Notes: a model not told the origin generated them from the sequence alone. Positions 28,199-38,372 are shown, numbered from the stretch's first letter. The stretch is DNA of 64,000 bases from Novosphingobium sp. (GCA_040004085.1 JBDUBN010000001.1:555-64554), one strand, 5' to 3'. A program made the numbers and translations.

Positions 28199-30284
28199 CG
28201 CCTGGATTCATATCCTTGCGATCGGCGCCGGTCTTCTAATCGGTGCTGTGCTGGGATCAGTACTCGGCAGCGTCATCGCGCTCGGCAAAAACCATCTGCT
28301 GACACTGCACACCGATCCCAGGGCAGTGCCGTTCGTCATGTGGGCGATGCGCCATGACATACGCTTGGCCGGTCCCTTCCTCATCATTCTGGGCATCGTC
28401 ACCCTCTTGTCGATCTGCGGCATGTACGCGCTGCTGTTCGGCAATGAATCCCTGTTCGGAGAGGCCCGGTTCGCGAGCGGCAACGATATTCGCAAAGCCG
28501 GGGCATTTCGCGAACAGGGGGCGATAATCGGCCGATGGGGCTCGCGCTGGATGCGAGCTGATGCCGAAGACAATGTGATGTGCCAGGCCCCTCCCCGCTC
28601 GGGCAAAGGCGTCAGCTTCGTGATTCCCAACCTGCTGATGATCGACCACTCGGCCGTATGTGTCGATCTGAGGGGTGAGAATTACAACAATTCAGCGCGA
28701 TACCGGGCGGACGAGCTGGGCCAGTCAATTTACGTCCTCGATCCGCTCAATGCAGATGGCACGACGCATTGCTTCAATCCTCTCTCCTACATGGACCGGC
28801 AAATCCCGCACGTGCTGATCGAGCAGATGCAACGGCTTGCCATCCAGCTCTTCCCCTACCCCCTCCAGGGAAACCCCTTCTTCACCGACAGCGCGCGTGA
28901 CGGCTTCAGCGCCGTCGGTTGCCTTCTGGCGTCCGAACCCGACCAGGATCTGACGCTGGCAAACATCTTCACGGTGCTCGCAGGCGATCCGCGCAAGACC
29001 CTCATGGGCAAGGTGAAAGTGCTGGAGGAAGAATTACAAGCCGGCAAGCGGCCGATTGCGCCAGGTGCGATCGACCTGATGAAGAGTTTCTGCGCCCATA
29101 ACGACGAAACCTACATGAACATCCGCTCGACCATTCAGAGCAAACTTGGCCTGTTCGCCCTGCCCCGCGTCGTGCTCGCGACCCGGCGCAGCGACTTCGA
29201 TCTGCGCGAACTGCGCAGCACACGCATGACGATCTATCTGCGCTGCGCGCCCGATGATTTCGACATCCTCGCGCCGCTCTTCAATTTGATCTTCCAGCAG
29301 ATCGTCAGCCTGAACAGCCATGACGAGTTTGTCCGCACGGAATATTCCTTCTACGAAAAATGCGAGGAGGTTGCGAACCGCTATGAGCGCGGCGGGCTGA
29401 CCCGCAAGACGCTGATCCCAGAATTGCGCCGGGCATGGCGGGGCAAGTATCGGCCGATCGCGCCGCGCTCGCAGCGCTGCCTTCTCATCCTTGATGAGTT
29501 CAAGCGGCTCGGTAAGATGGACGTCCTCGCCGATGCCATGTCCTACATGGGCGGGTTTGGGATCTCGATGGCGCCGGTAATCCAGGCCCATTCGCAGCTT
29601 CAGGAGGTCTATGGCCCCTATGCGGCAAACACGATCCAGACCTGTTGCCAGACCAATATCGTCATGCGGCCAAACACGTTTCAGGACGCCGAGGCGATCT
29701 CCAAGCAGCTTGGCTCGAACGGGATTGTGGTCAGGAACCGCAGCACGACCCGCTACAATGTGCTGGCCTCGGTCGGAAACAGCAGCCTTGGCAGCAACAG
29801 CGAGAGCCTCGGTCAACGCCCCCTTCTCTTCCCCAAGGAGGTCACGGAGATGCCGCGGCGAAAGTCGCTCATCTTCAAGGCTGGGCAACCGGCGATCCTT
29901 TCCGACCGTGTGCTGTATTTCAAAGACCGGACATTGCGGAAGCGCGCGGCGATGGGCGGCGTCGAACTGCCTCGTCAGAACATCGAGGACTATTACGCCT
30001 ACATGGCGGGCCAGCGCGGCTTTGCCGCGGCGTTCGGAGACACCGATCCTGACGCGGAATCCGGCGGAGTCGATTTCGATTTCAAGGCCGATGTCGAGCA
30101 GGTGTTTGACGATCTCGCTGCAAACGAGGGCGGCTTTGCTCCTGCCAATATCACGAACACGCTCGCCGCCATGAAAGGGCTGATCGCCGATGCCGATGTG
30201 TCAGCGTACCGCCATCAACTTGAGGCCGAGCTGTCCCTCGCAGTCGCCGACAATGCCGCGCCTGTGGCAGCCCGATTGAAATAA
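28173..30284 (+). CDS. virD4: VirD4/TraG coupling protein
   Basis: Two N-terminal TM segments, FGEARFA, APPRSGKGVSFVIPNLL, LDEF, IQAHSQL...YG. Confidence 0.93.
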   Translation: MGGVWGRYSAWIHILAIGAGLLIGAVLGSVLGSVIALGKNHLLTLHTDPRAVPFVMWAMRHDIRLAGPFLIILGIVTLLSICGMYALLFGNESLFGEARFASGNDIRKAGAFREQGAIIGRWGSRWMRADAEDNVMCQAPPRSGKGVSFVIPNLLMIDHSAVCVDLRGENYNNSARYRADELGQSIYVLDPLNADGTTHCFNPLSYMDRQIPHVLIEQMQRLAIQLFPYPLQGNPFFTDSARDGFSAVGCLLASEPDQDLTLANIFTVLAGDPRKTLMGKVKVLEEELQAGKRPIAPGAIDLMKSFCAHNDETYMNIRSTIQSKLGLFALPRVVLATRRSDFDLRELRSTRMTIYLRCAPDDFDILAPLFNLIFQQIVSLNSHDEFVRTEYSFYEKCEEVANRYERGGLTRKTLIPELRRAWRGKYRPIAPRSQRCLLILDEFKRLGKMDVLADAMSYMGGFGISMAPVIQAHSQLQEVYGPYAANTIQTCCQTNIVMRPNTFQDAEAISKQLGSNGIVVRNRSTTRYNVLASVGNSSLGSNSESLGQRPLLFPKEVTEMPRRKSLIFKAGQPAILSDRVLYFKDRTLRKRAAMGGVELPRQNIEDYYAYMAGQRGFAAAFGDTDPDAESGGVDFDFKADVEQVFDDLAANEGGFAPANITNTLAAMKGLIADADVSAYRHQLEAELSLAVADNAAPVAARLK

Positions 30285-30300
30285 CAACCAGCGCAGGAGA

Positions 30301-31242
30301 ATGACGATGGGCAGTATCGAACTGAACGTGAAAAGCCCCGATGGCTGGCAGAACGGCCGCAACGAGGCCTATGTCGGCGATCTGGATAACAGGCTGGCCG
30401 ATCTCGATGTTCGCGCGATCGCGGACCGGGCCATCAAGGACGCAAAACCTGGTATCGGTGAGCGGCTTCGCGAGGGTGCGACCAAGGTCGCAGAGGCGTT
30501 GCGCCGTGATGACGAGAAACGCCGCGAGGCTTGGGAGGTCTTCGGCGAGAAGATCTCCAAGCATTACCTGGTCGTGCGCGAAGATGACAAACGGGTTGGC
30601 CTCTACGAGCCAGCGGGCAAGACGCCGGCGATCGTGATCGACAAGCACAAGATCAGCACCGCGCACGAGAGCGGGGCGGCAATCGCGGACTCGGTGAAAC
30701 TCGCCGTCGACCGTGGGTGGTCGTCGATCAAGCTGGAAGGCACCCAAGTCTATAAGGACGCCGTATGGCTCGAAGCTAAGAAATATGACCTGAAGGTGGG
30801 GCACAACCCCTCCCCCCTGGTCCGAGCCGAACTTGAGCGTTGGCGCGCGACGAACGAATTTCGGCCTTTGCCGGACAAGGGCGCGAACCCCGTCGTGCCT
30901 ATCCTGCCACCGGCGAAGCAGGTGCAGACCAAGATGGCCGCCATTGATCCCGATCAGAAGCGCGATCTCGGCCGGGAGTTTCTGAACAAGACCGCGGATC
31001 AGCGCCTGGCCGACCCGCTATTGCGCAACGCGGAGTTGAGCGCGCGCGCTGCGCGTGATCTCGCATTGAACCGCTTCGGCAAGGACGATGGCAGGTTGAA
31101 GATTGCCTTCGCCAGCGTGGACAAGCTGGTCAGCGATCAACTCCGTCGCGGACACCAGTTTAGTACACCCGCAATGGTGCCGCATATTAGCACTACGCCA
31201 AAATCGCTCGACCCACATCGGTTCGAGCGACCGCGCCTCTGA
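30301..31242 (+). CDS. LPD7-domain-like protein
   Basis: AIADSVKLAVDRGWSSIKLEGTQVYKDAVWLEA resembles the LPD7 core (A..RGW..I...G...F...W..A); strong SD AGGAG; basic C-terminus HRFERPRL. Confidence 0.65.
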   Translation: MTMGSIELNVKSPDGWQNGRNEAYVGDLDNRLADLDVRAIADRAIKDAKPGIGERLREGATKVAEALRRDDEKRREAWEVFGEKISKHYLVVREDDKRVGLYEPAGKTPAIVIDKHKISTAHESGAAIADSVKLAVDRGWSSIKLEGTQVYKDAVWLEAKKYDLKVGHNPSPLVRAELERWRATNEFRPLPDKGANPVVPILPPAKQVQTKMAAIDPDQKRDLGREFLNKTADQRLADPLLRNAELSARAARDLALNRFGKDDGRLKIAFASVDKLVSDQLRRGHQFSTPAMVPHISTTPKSLDPHRFERPRL

Positions 31243-31309
31243 GATCCCTATTCAAAAATTAATCTATGATTTGATAGGTTTGTGGATCTACGAGTGATCA
31301 AACCTGATA

Positions 31310-31720
31310 TCATGCCGACAGTGCCTGTCTGGTCCACGAAACGATAGCGCTGCTTGGCATGGCACCCGATTGTCTGGCTACTTCCTTGCCGCCGGCGAAT
31401 AGTATCATCGTCGGAATGGAACGAATGGCGAAGCGGGCGGCAATGGCCTGCTCCGCCTCGGTGTCGAGTTTTCCAAGCCGGATATAGGGCTCAAGCTGGC
31501 TGGCTGCGGCTTCGAATGCGGGGGCCATTTGCCGACAAGGTCCGCACCAGGACGCCCAGAAATCAACGAGCAGCGGGATACCGCTTTTGCTCAGATGGGC
31601 ATTGAACAGTGGACCGCTGCATCGGCCGCACTTGCCGCCTGCCGCCAGCTTATCTCGCGGGACCCGGTTGGCCGTTGAGCAGGACGGACAGATGATCAGG
31701 ACGGGGTCGGAAGCAGTCAT
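31310..31720 (-). CDS. trxC: Thioredoxin 2 (TrxC) with N-terminal zinc finger; appears to carry an internal in-frame deletion
   Basis: CPSC...CGRC zinc finger, WCGPC active site, IRSIPT. Confidence 0.85.
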   Translation of the reverse strand: MTASDPVLIICPSCSTANRVPRDKLAAGGKCGRCSGPLFNAHLSKSGIPLLVDFWASWCGPCRQMAPAFEAAASQLEPYIRLGKLDTEAEQAIAARFAIRSIPTMILFAGGKEVARQSGAMPSSAIVSWTRQALSA

Positions 31721-31745
31721 CTGATGGTCCCATGGTTGCCCAGCG

Positions 31746-32057
31746 TCATTTGCCGGCTTCGCTGCACAGTTCACACAGGGTATGGATGACCCCGCGCACG
31801 ATAGGATCCTTGAGGCTATAGAACCGGGTTTGCGCTTCCCCGCGAATATTGACGACGCCCTCCTCTCGCAGCATCGCCAAATGCTGCGAGACCGACGACT
31901 GGGAAAGCCCGGCCAGTTCGACAAGCTCGGTCACCGAGACTTCACCTTCATCCATCCGGCACAGCATCAGCAGCCGTTCGGGGTGGCTCATCAGCTTGAG
32001 ACGCCCCGCCATAACTGCGGCGTTGGCCTTGAGTTCGGAGCGATTTGGCGGCTTCAT
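31746..32057 (-). CDS. ArsR/SmtB regulator, BigR/SqrR-like persulfide sensor
   Basis: HPERLLMLC (C33), SQSSVSQHLAMLR, C-terminal LCELC (C95/C98); Cys spacing similar to BigR/SqrR. Confidence 0.8.
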   Translation of the reverse strand: MKPPNRSELKANAAVMAGRLKLMSHPERLLMLCRMDEGEVSVTELVELAGLSQSSVSQHLAMLREEGVVNIRGEAQTRFYSLKDPIVRGVIHTLCELCSEAGK

Positions 32058-35000
32058 GGCTGTGGTTCCAGAAAGAGGCGACCATCGTCGCGCAAGACTA
32101 TGTAGATTGCGGGGATAACGAGAACTGTTAGCAAGGTCGAGGAGGCGAGGCCGAAAAGCAGCGAAATCGCCAGACCCTGAAAGATGGGGTCAGTCAGGAT
32201 CACCGACGCTCCGATCATTGCCGCCGCCGCCGTTAGCACGATCGGCTTGAACCGGATCATGCCAGCTTCCAGCAGTGTCTCCCGCAAGCTCTTGTCAGGG
32301 TTGCGGGTGTGCCGGATGAAATCGACCAGCAGGATCGAGTTTCTGACAATGATGCCTGCCAGCGCGATAAATCCGATCATCGATGTTGCCGTGAACGGGG
32401 CGCGGAACAGGATATGGCCGAGCACGATGCCGACCAGCGTCAGTGGGATCGGGGTGAGGATCACCAGCGGAATGGTGAAGCTGCGGAACTGGCCGACCAC
32501 CAGTACATAAATGGCCAGCAGCGCGACCATGAACGCCCCGCCCATGTCGCGGAACGTGACCCAGGTTATCTCCCATTCACCGTCCCACAGCAGCGATGCC
32601 CTGCTTTCGTCTTCGGGTTGACCGTGGAGGATGACGTCAGGCTTCTCCAGCCCATGCGCCTTCCAGTCAAAATTGTTGATCGCTTCGTCGACTGCCAGCA
32701 TGCCGTAGATCGGTGCCTCATAGCGACCGGCAAGCTCCGCCGTGACCATCGCCGCACCGCGCCCGTCGCGGCGGAATATCGCCTGCCCGCCCGGTTCCAT
32801 CCGCGCCGTGACCAGTTCACCCAAGGACACCAATTGCCCGGTCGGCGTTGCGGCGACTGGGGTCGCTGCCAGCGAAGCTGACCAACTGCGCTGCGACTGA
32901 TCGAGGCCGAGTTCGATAGGCAGCGGATCACGTTCATTTCCTCGCGGTGCATAACCCACCACCTGACCGCCCATCAGTGCGCCGATGCTGTCGAACAATT
33001 GACGCTCGGACAGACCATAGTGATCGAGCTTCGCCCGGTCTGGGATCAGTTTGAGCGTTGGGCGGGGCTGGCCGAAGCTGTTGTCGACATCGACGATGTA
33101 AGGAATGGACTTGAAGATCGCCTCCACCTGGGTCGCAGTCTTCTGACGGGTGGCTTCGTCCGGCCCGTAGATTTCGGCTAGCAGCGTTGCCAACACCGGC
33201 GGGCCGGGCGGGGTCTCAACCACTTTGAGTGAGCCGCCAGCGGGCAGGGGGATCGCCTTCAGTTTCTCGCGCAGGTCAACCGCGACGTCATGGCTTGAAC
33301 GCGAACGGTCACCCTTGGGCAGCAATGTCACCATCAGGTCGCCCATTTCCGGCGCATTCCGCAGGAAATAGTGCCGCACAAGGCCATTGAAATTGAGCGG
33401 AGCCGATGTCCCCGCATAGGCTTCCATCGAGGTAACCTCAGGCACCGTGCGCGCCACGGACGCGGCCTGTTCGAGAACCCGCGAGGTTGTCTCAAGGCTG
33501 GTGCCCTCGGGCAAGTCGGCGACGAGTTGCACTTCGCTCTTGTTGTCGAACGGCAGCAGCTTCACGGTCACTGCCTTGAAGTAGAACATCGAACAGGCCA
33601 CCAGAGTGGCGACGCCGACGATGATCAGAAAGCGTTTGGCGCTTTGGGGTGTGGCGATAACTTTGCTGGCATAGCGTTTGTAAAGACTGCCGAGCTTGCC
33701 GCCGTGCGCATCGTGGCCGCCATGGCCATCGGACGCGAGGGCTTTCCTAGCGAAACGCACCATCAGCCAAGGCGCAATGATCACCGCGACGAAGAATGAG
33801 AAGATCATCGCCGCGGAGGCATTGATCGGGATCGGCGCCATATACGGCCCCATCATTCCCGAGACGAACAGCATCGGCAGCAGGGCGGCGACAACGGTCA
33901 AAGTCGCAATGATCGTCGGGTTGCCGACTTCGGCCACGGCATCAACCGCGCCATCGATGCGCGAACGCTCGTCGTTCATGGCCCAATGCCGGGCGATGTT
34001 CTCGATCATCACGATGGCATCATCGACAAGGATGCCGATGGAGAAAATCAGCGCGAACAGGCTGACGCGGTTGATCGTAAAGCCCATGATGTTCGAGGCG
34101 AACATGGTCAGCATGATCGTTGTCGGAATGACAATGGCGGTAACGCCCGCTTCGCGCCAGCCAATGGCAAAGCCGATCAGCACGACGATGGAAAAGGTCG
34201 CCAGCGCGAGGTGGAAGATAAGCTCGTTGGCCTTTTCATTGGCGCTTTCGCCATAATTGCGCGTGACGGAAATCTCGACGCCCGCAGGGATCAGCTTGCC
34301 CTTCAGCATGTTCACGCGGGCCACGACGCCTTCCGAAACGGTGACCGCATTGGCCCCGGCGCGCTTGGCGATGGCAAGGCTTACTGCCGGGCCCATGTTC
34401 CAGTTGGCGTTGCTGTCTTTGGCCCAGCGCCACGCACGCGCCTGATTTTGCGTGGGTGCCTGCTCGATCCTGGCAACATCGGAAAGCAGAACCGGCGCGC
34501 CACTGGCCGAGCGGACGGTGAGGCTGGATAGCTCTTGTGCGTCGCGCAGCGTTTGCCCGGCAACGACCAGCGCAGCCTGTCCACCTTCACGTACGGTTCC
34601 GGCGGGAAAGGCGCGGTTGGCTTGGGCGACGGCCTCGATCAAGTTGCCCAGCGGCACCCGGTAGAGCGCCAGTTTTGCCGGATCAGGCACTATGCGCAGG
34701 GCCATGTGCTGGCCGCCGGTGATAAAAGTCAGCCCGACATCATCGACCTTGGCGATCTCAGTTCGCAGCTTACCCGCCAGTTCGGCCAGCGCCTGATCAT
34801 TCCAGACGCCTGCCGCGCCCGGTTTGGGGGTCAGGGTCAGGACGACGATGGGCACGTCGTTGATCCCGCGCACGGTCACTTGCGGGGCCGGGATGCCGAC
34901 CGGAATGCGGTCTTTGTTGGCCTCGATCTTCTCGTTGATGCGGATTGCCGCGTCTTCGGGGTTCGATCCGACGAGGAAGCGCGCCGTTACCAGCGCGCCA

Positions 35001-35293
35001 TTGTCCTGCGCCTGAGTATAGACATGTTCGACGCCGTCGACGCTTTTGACGATGGTTTCCAGCGGCTTGCCGACAAGTTCGACAGCCTCACGCGCTGAAA
35101 GGCCCGGTGCTTGGACCATCATGTCCACCATCGGCACCTTGATCTGCGGCTCCTCCTCGCGCGGGATCGTGATCGTCGCCAGTAGGCCAACAAGGATCGC
35201 TGCCAGCAGGAACAGCGGGGTCAGCGGCGACATGATTGTCGCCCGGGTAAGTTTGCCCGATATGCCCAGCTTCGCAGAAATGCCGGGCTTCAC
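32054..35293 (-). CDS. RND efflux permease (AcrB-like superfamily)
   Basis: PREEEPQI, GILVDDAIVMIENI, GIIVRNSILLVDF, RFKPIVLT; 1079 aa. Confidence 0.95.
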   Translation of the reverse strand: MKPGISAKLGISGKLTRATIMSPLTPLFLLAAILVGLLATITIPREEEPQIKVPMVDMMVQAPGLSAREAVELVGKPLETIVKSVDGVEHVYTQAQDNGALVTARFLVGSNPEDAAIRINEKIEANKDRIPVGIPAPQVTVRGINDVPIVVLTLTPKPGAAGVWNDQALAELAGKLRTEIAKVDDVGLTFITGGQHMALRIVPDPAKLALYRVPLGNLIEAVAQANRAFPAGTVREGGQAALVVAGQTLRDAQELSSLTVRSASGAPVLLSDVARIEQAPTQNQARAWRWAKDSNANWNMGPAVSLAIAKRAGANAVTVSEGVVARVNMLKGKLIPAGVEISVTRNYGESANEKANELIFHLALATFSIVVLIGFAIGWREAGVTAIVIPTTIMLTMFASNIMGFTINRVSLFALIFSIGILVDDAIVMIENIARHWAMNDERSRIDGAVDAVAEVGNPTIIATLTVVAALLPMLFVSGMMGPYMAPIPINASAAMIFSFFVAVIIAPWLMVRFARKALASDGHGGHDAHGGKLGSLYKRYASKVIATPQSAKRFLIIVGVATLVACSMFYFKAVTVKLLPFDNKSEVQLVADLPEGTSLETTSRVLEQAASVARTVPEVTSMEAYAGTSAPLNFNGLVRHYFLRNAPEMGDLMVTLLPKGDRSRSSHDVAVDLREKLKAIPLPAGGSLKVVETPPGPPVLATLLAEIYGPDEATRQKTATQVEAIFKSIPYIVDVDNSFGQPRPTLKLIPDRAKLDHYGLSERQLFDSIGALMGGQVVGYAPRGNERDPLPIELGLDQSQRSWSASLAATPVAATPTGQLVSLGELVTARMEPGGQAIFRRDGRGAAMVTAELAGRYEAPIYGMLAVDEAINNFDWKAHGLEKPDVILHGQPEDESRASLLWDGEWEITWVTFRDMGGAFMVALLAIYVLVVGQFRSFTIPLVILTPIPLTLVGIVLGHILFRAPFTATSMIGFIALAGIIVRNSILLVDFIRHTRNPDKSLRETLLEAGMIRFKPIVLTAAAAMIGASVILTDPIFQGLAISLLFGLASSTLLTVLVIPAIYIVLRDDGRLFLEPQP

Positions 35294-36315
35294 TTGGCCG
35301 TCCCGATCAAAGTGTCACCGGCAGCCGCGCCAGACAGGACTTCCAGCTTGCCCGGCTCTGCCGAGGCTGCAGTCTGAACGGGCACTTGGGCTGCCGAACC
35401 ATCCTTGGCCAGTATCGTCACGTAATCGATCCCATAGCGATTGACGACATAGGTGGTCGGCACCAGCAGCGCCTTGCGTGCTCCGATTTCAACTTTGGCG
35501 GCAACGCGTCGGCCAATCAGCTTGTTGTCTATACCCGGCATGTCGACGTCGGCGGTTACTTGTCCGGCAGTGACGGACGGGTAGATTTTGATCACCGTGC
35601 CAGCGCCAGAGCCGCCGCCGACGCTGTTGGCTGTAACCCGCGATCCGGCATGGACCTTATCGGCCAGCGATTCGGGCATCTCGAGGCGGACAATCGTCGG
35701 GCCAGCGGTAATCACCGCAATCGCCATACCCGGAGCAACCGGGGAACCGGCCGGAACGTCAGCGCGCAGGACGCGGCCAGTGGCAGGTGCAGTCACCACG
35801 CCTTGTCCAGCCACCGCTCCCACTGCCGATTGCTGCGCCTGTGCCGCGCGGATCTGGGCATTGGCGGCGGCTGCACCAGCCTCAGCCTGTTCGAGCCTCG
35901 CCTTGGCATAGACCCCGTTCTGATAAAGGAAGCGCACCCGCGACAGTTCGCCTTGCGCCTGCGCGGCCTGCGCCTGCGCGGCGGCTGCCTGTGCGCCATA
36001 GGCACCCGCCTGATAGCCAAGCTGGCTGTCAACGATGCGCCCGATCGTCTGGCCCTTGTTCACCATGTCGCCTTCGCGCACCGTCAGGGTGGTCAATATG
36101 CCGGGGATGCGGGCGAGCACCTGAGCCTGATCGACCGTGGCAATCTCCGCGCTGACATCCTGCCAAGCGACCGTGTCGATCGGGCCAAGCACCAGTCGGG
36201 GACCTGCTGGCGCCTTGGCCGCCTGCGCCGCTTCCTTGCTGCTGCCGCAACCCGTCAGAGACAGGCTTAGCGCCGCAATGCCAAGGGCAGTTTGGGCCAT
36301 CAGAAATCCACGCAT
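35290..36315 (-). CDS. RND periplasmic adaptor (MFP), lipoprotein
   Basis: Lipobox LTGC, lipoyl half-motifs VREGDMVNKGQ and VTAPATG, Ala/Gln coiled coil. Confidence 0.92.
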   Translation of the reverse strand: MRGFLMAQTALGIAALSLSLTGCGSSKEAAQAAKAPAGPRLVLGPIDTVAWQDVSAEIATVDQAQVLARIPGILTTLTVREGDMVNKGQTIGRIVDSQLGYQAGAYGAQAAAAQAQAAQAQGELSRVRFLYQNGVYAKARLEQAEAGAAAANAQIRAAQAQQSAVGAVAGQGVVTAPATGRVLRADVPAGSPVAPGMAIAVITAGPTIVRLEMPESLADKVHAGSRVTANSVGGGSGAGTVIKIYPSVTAGQVTADVDMPGIDNKLIGRRVAAKVEIGARKALLVPTTYVVNRYGIDYVTILAKDGSAAQVPVQTAASAEPGKLEVLSGAAAGDTLIGTAK

Positions 36316-36338
36316 AACCGCTTCCCCCAATTCAGGTT

Positions 36339-36686
36339 TTATTGTTCGACCGGCAGTCGGGCCGCAGTCCACGCACCGAAACCGCCCGTAAGATGCGTAT
36401 CGGCGGCAGCCTCAGCCACACGGCACTTGTCGAGCGCCATGCCTGAGCGTTTGCCGCCCAGACAGGTGAGCACCAGCTTCTTTCCCGCAGGATCCGGCAG
36501 TCTGGACGGCTGAAACGTGGATAGCGGCAAGTTGATCGCGCCGGGAATGTGGCCGCTCCGGAACTCATCCACTTCGCGTACATCGACGACAACTGCGCTC
36601 CCGTCGCGAAGCATCGTTTCGAGTTCCTGCGGGCTCACTTCGGAATGCGCCGCGTCAGCTTTGTTCTTACCGAAGCCGAAAACCAT
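36339..36686 (-). CDS. Single-domain rhodanese (sulfurtransferase)
   Basis: VDVRE...GHIPGA, active loop CLGGKRS, LTGGFGAW. Confidence 0.92.
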   Translation of the reverse strand: MVFGFGKNKADAAHSEVSPQELETMLRDGSAVVVDVREVDEFRSGHIPGAINLPLSTFQPSRLPDPAGKKLVLTCLGGKRSGMALDKCRVAEAAADTHLTGGFGAWTAARLPVEQ

Positions 36687-36744
36687 GTGGATGTCCTTCT
36701 CGTCGCGTAACCGGGATCGAATGACCCGATGCTAACTTTATCTC

Positions 36745-36773
36745 TTGCGTATATCGTAAATGCATTATATAAG
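36745..36773 (+). promoter_or_regulatory. sqr promoter with ATAT-N12-ATAT operator
   Basis: TTGCGT-N17-TATAAG; ATATCGTAAATGCATTATAT at 36751-36770. Confidence 0.55.
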
Positions 36774-36858
36774 TCAATGCCAATACTGAGTGTAAGCCTA
36801 CCTTTCGGCAGAATGTGTGCGAAACTTAGGCGCGGAACCGGATTGCGGGAGAGCGAAT

Positions 36859-38139
36859 ATGTCATTGCCCCAGATCATAATCCTTGGTGCAGGCCTTGGC
36901 GGCACGATTGCTGCTTATGAAATTCGCGCCGCTGCAAAGGGCAAAGCGGATGTCACGGTGGTCAACGATCAGGAAGATTACTGGTTTGTACCAAGCAATC
37001 CCTGGGTTGCGGTGCGCTGGCGCGAACCCGACGCGATCAAGGTTCACTTGCCCCCGATCATGAAGAAAAAGGGCATCGGCTTTACCGCCGTCGGTGCAAA
37101 GCGGGTGCATCCGCAGGAGAATCGGGTCGAGCTTAAAGACGGCACCTCGCTCCCCTATGATTACCTTGTGATTGCCACTGGTCCAGAACTGGCATTTGAC
37201 GAAGTGGAGGGGCTTGGTCCCGATGGGTTCACCCAGTCGGTCTGCCGAACGGACCATGCCTCTCACGCAGCCGATGCCTTTGATCGCTTCTGCGAAAATC
37301 CGGGGCCCATCGTCGTCGGCGCGGCGCAGGGCGCATCCTGTTTTGGCCCGGCCTATGAGTTTGCCTTGATCCTCGACACCGAACTGCGCCGCCGCAAAAT
37401 CCGCGACCGTGTGCCGATGACTTACATCAGCCCAGAACCGTACATCGGCCATCTTGGCCTAGACGGCGTCGGCGATACCAAGGGGTTGCTCGAAAGCGAA
37501 CTGCGCAATCGCCACATCAAGTGGGTCACCAACGCCCGGATCACCAAGGTGGAAGCGGGTACGATGCATGTCGAGGAAGTGGCGGACGATGGATCGGTCA
37601 AGTCGGCCCATGACCTGCTTTTCGGCTACTCGATGATCCTGCCTGCTTTCCGGGGTATCTCTGCTGTGCATGGCATTGCAGGGCTGACAAATCCTCGCGG
37701 CTTCATTCTGGCCGACAAGCACCAGCGCAATCCGACGTTCAAGAACATCTATTCGCTGGGCGTTTGCGTTGCGATTCCACCAATCGGACCGACGCCAGTT
37801 CCTGTTGGCGTGCCGAAGACCGGGTTCATGATCGAATCGATGGTCACCGCCATCGCTGCCAATCTCAAGCTGGAACTCGAAGGCAAGGAGCCTGTCGAGG
37901 AGGCGACATGGAACGCCGTCTGCCTCGCTGATTTCGGAGATGGCGGCGTGGCCTTCGTCGCCCAGCCCCAGATCCCGCCGCGCAACCTCAACTGGTCAGC
38001 CAGCGGCAAGTGGGTCCACCTCGCGAAGATCGGCTTCGAGAAGTATTTCCTGCACAAAGTGCGGCGCGGGACCAGCGAACCCTTTTACGAAAAACTTGCG
38101 ATGCACGCCCTCGGCATTCGCAAGCTGCGTTTCAAATAA
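36859..38139 (+). CDS. sqr: Sulfide:quinone oxidoreductase (type I, SqrA-like)
   Basis: GAGLGG, FVPSNPW, QSVC, SCFGPAYE, PKTGFMIE, NAVCLADFGD, KIGFEKYFL. Confidence 0.92.
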   Translation: MSLPQIIILGAGLGGTIAAYEIRAAAKGKADVTVVNDQEDYWFVPSNPWVAVRWREPDAIKVHLPPIMKKKGIGFTAVGAKRVHPQENRVELKDGTSLPYDYLVIATGPELAFDEVEGLGPDGFTQSVCRTDHASHAADAFDRFCENPGPIVVGAAQGASCFGPAYEFALILDTELRRRKIRDRVPMTYISPEPYIGHLGLDGVGDTKGLLESELRNRHIKWVTNARITKVEAGTMHVEEVADDGSVKSAHDLLFGYSMILPAFRGISAVHGIAGLTNPRGFILADKHQRNPTFKNIYSLGVCVAIPPIGPTPVPVGVPKTGFMIESMVTAIAANLKLELEGKEPVEEATWNAVCLADFGDGGVAFVAQPQIPPRNLNWSASGKWVHLAKIGFEKYFLHKVRRGTSEPFYEKLAMHALGIRKLRFK

Positions 38140-38150
38140 GGAGAATAGCT

Positions 38151-38354
38151 ATGACCCTTGATACTGCAGTTTTCCGTTTTGCCGGAGTGGTGGTGCTGGC
38201 CAGTCTGGCGTTGGCGCACTGGGTTCATCCTGGATTTCTCTGGCTGACCGCGTTTGCGGGGGCGAACCTGTTTCAGTCGAGCTTTACCGGCTTTTGCCCG
38301 GCGGCAATGATTTTCAAGAAGTTGGGCGTCCGGCCCGGTATTGCTTTCAAGTGA
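38151..38354 (+). CDS. DUF2892 / YgaP-like membrane protein
   Basis: Two TM segments, GANLFQSSFTGFCPAA; SD AAGGAG. Confidence 0.88.
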   Translation: MTLDTAVFRFAGVVVLASLALAHWVHPGFLWLTAFAGANLFQSSFTGFCPAAMIFKKLGVRPGIAFK

Positions 38355-38372
38355 ACTGGGCCTTCAACTGAC

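Larger units (their letters stand above)
17762..30284 (+). mobile_element. VirB/VirD4 (MPF-T) conjugative type IV secretion operon
   Basis: Contiguous virB1-B11 and virD4 with overlapping or abutting start/stop codons. Confidence 0.92.
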
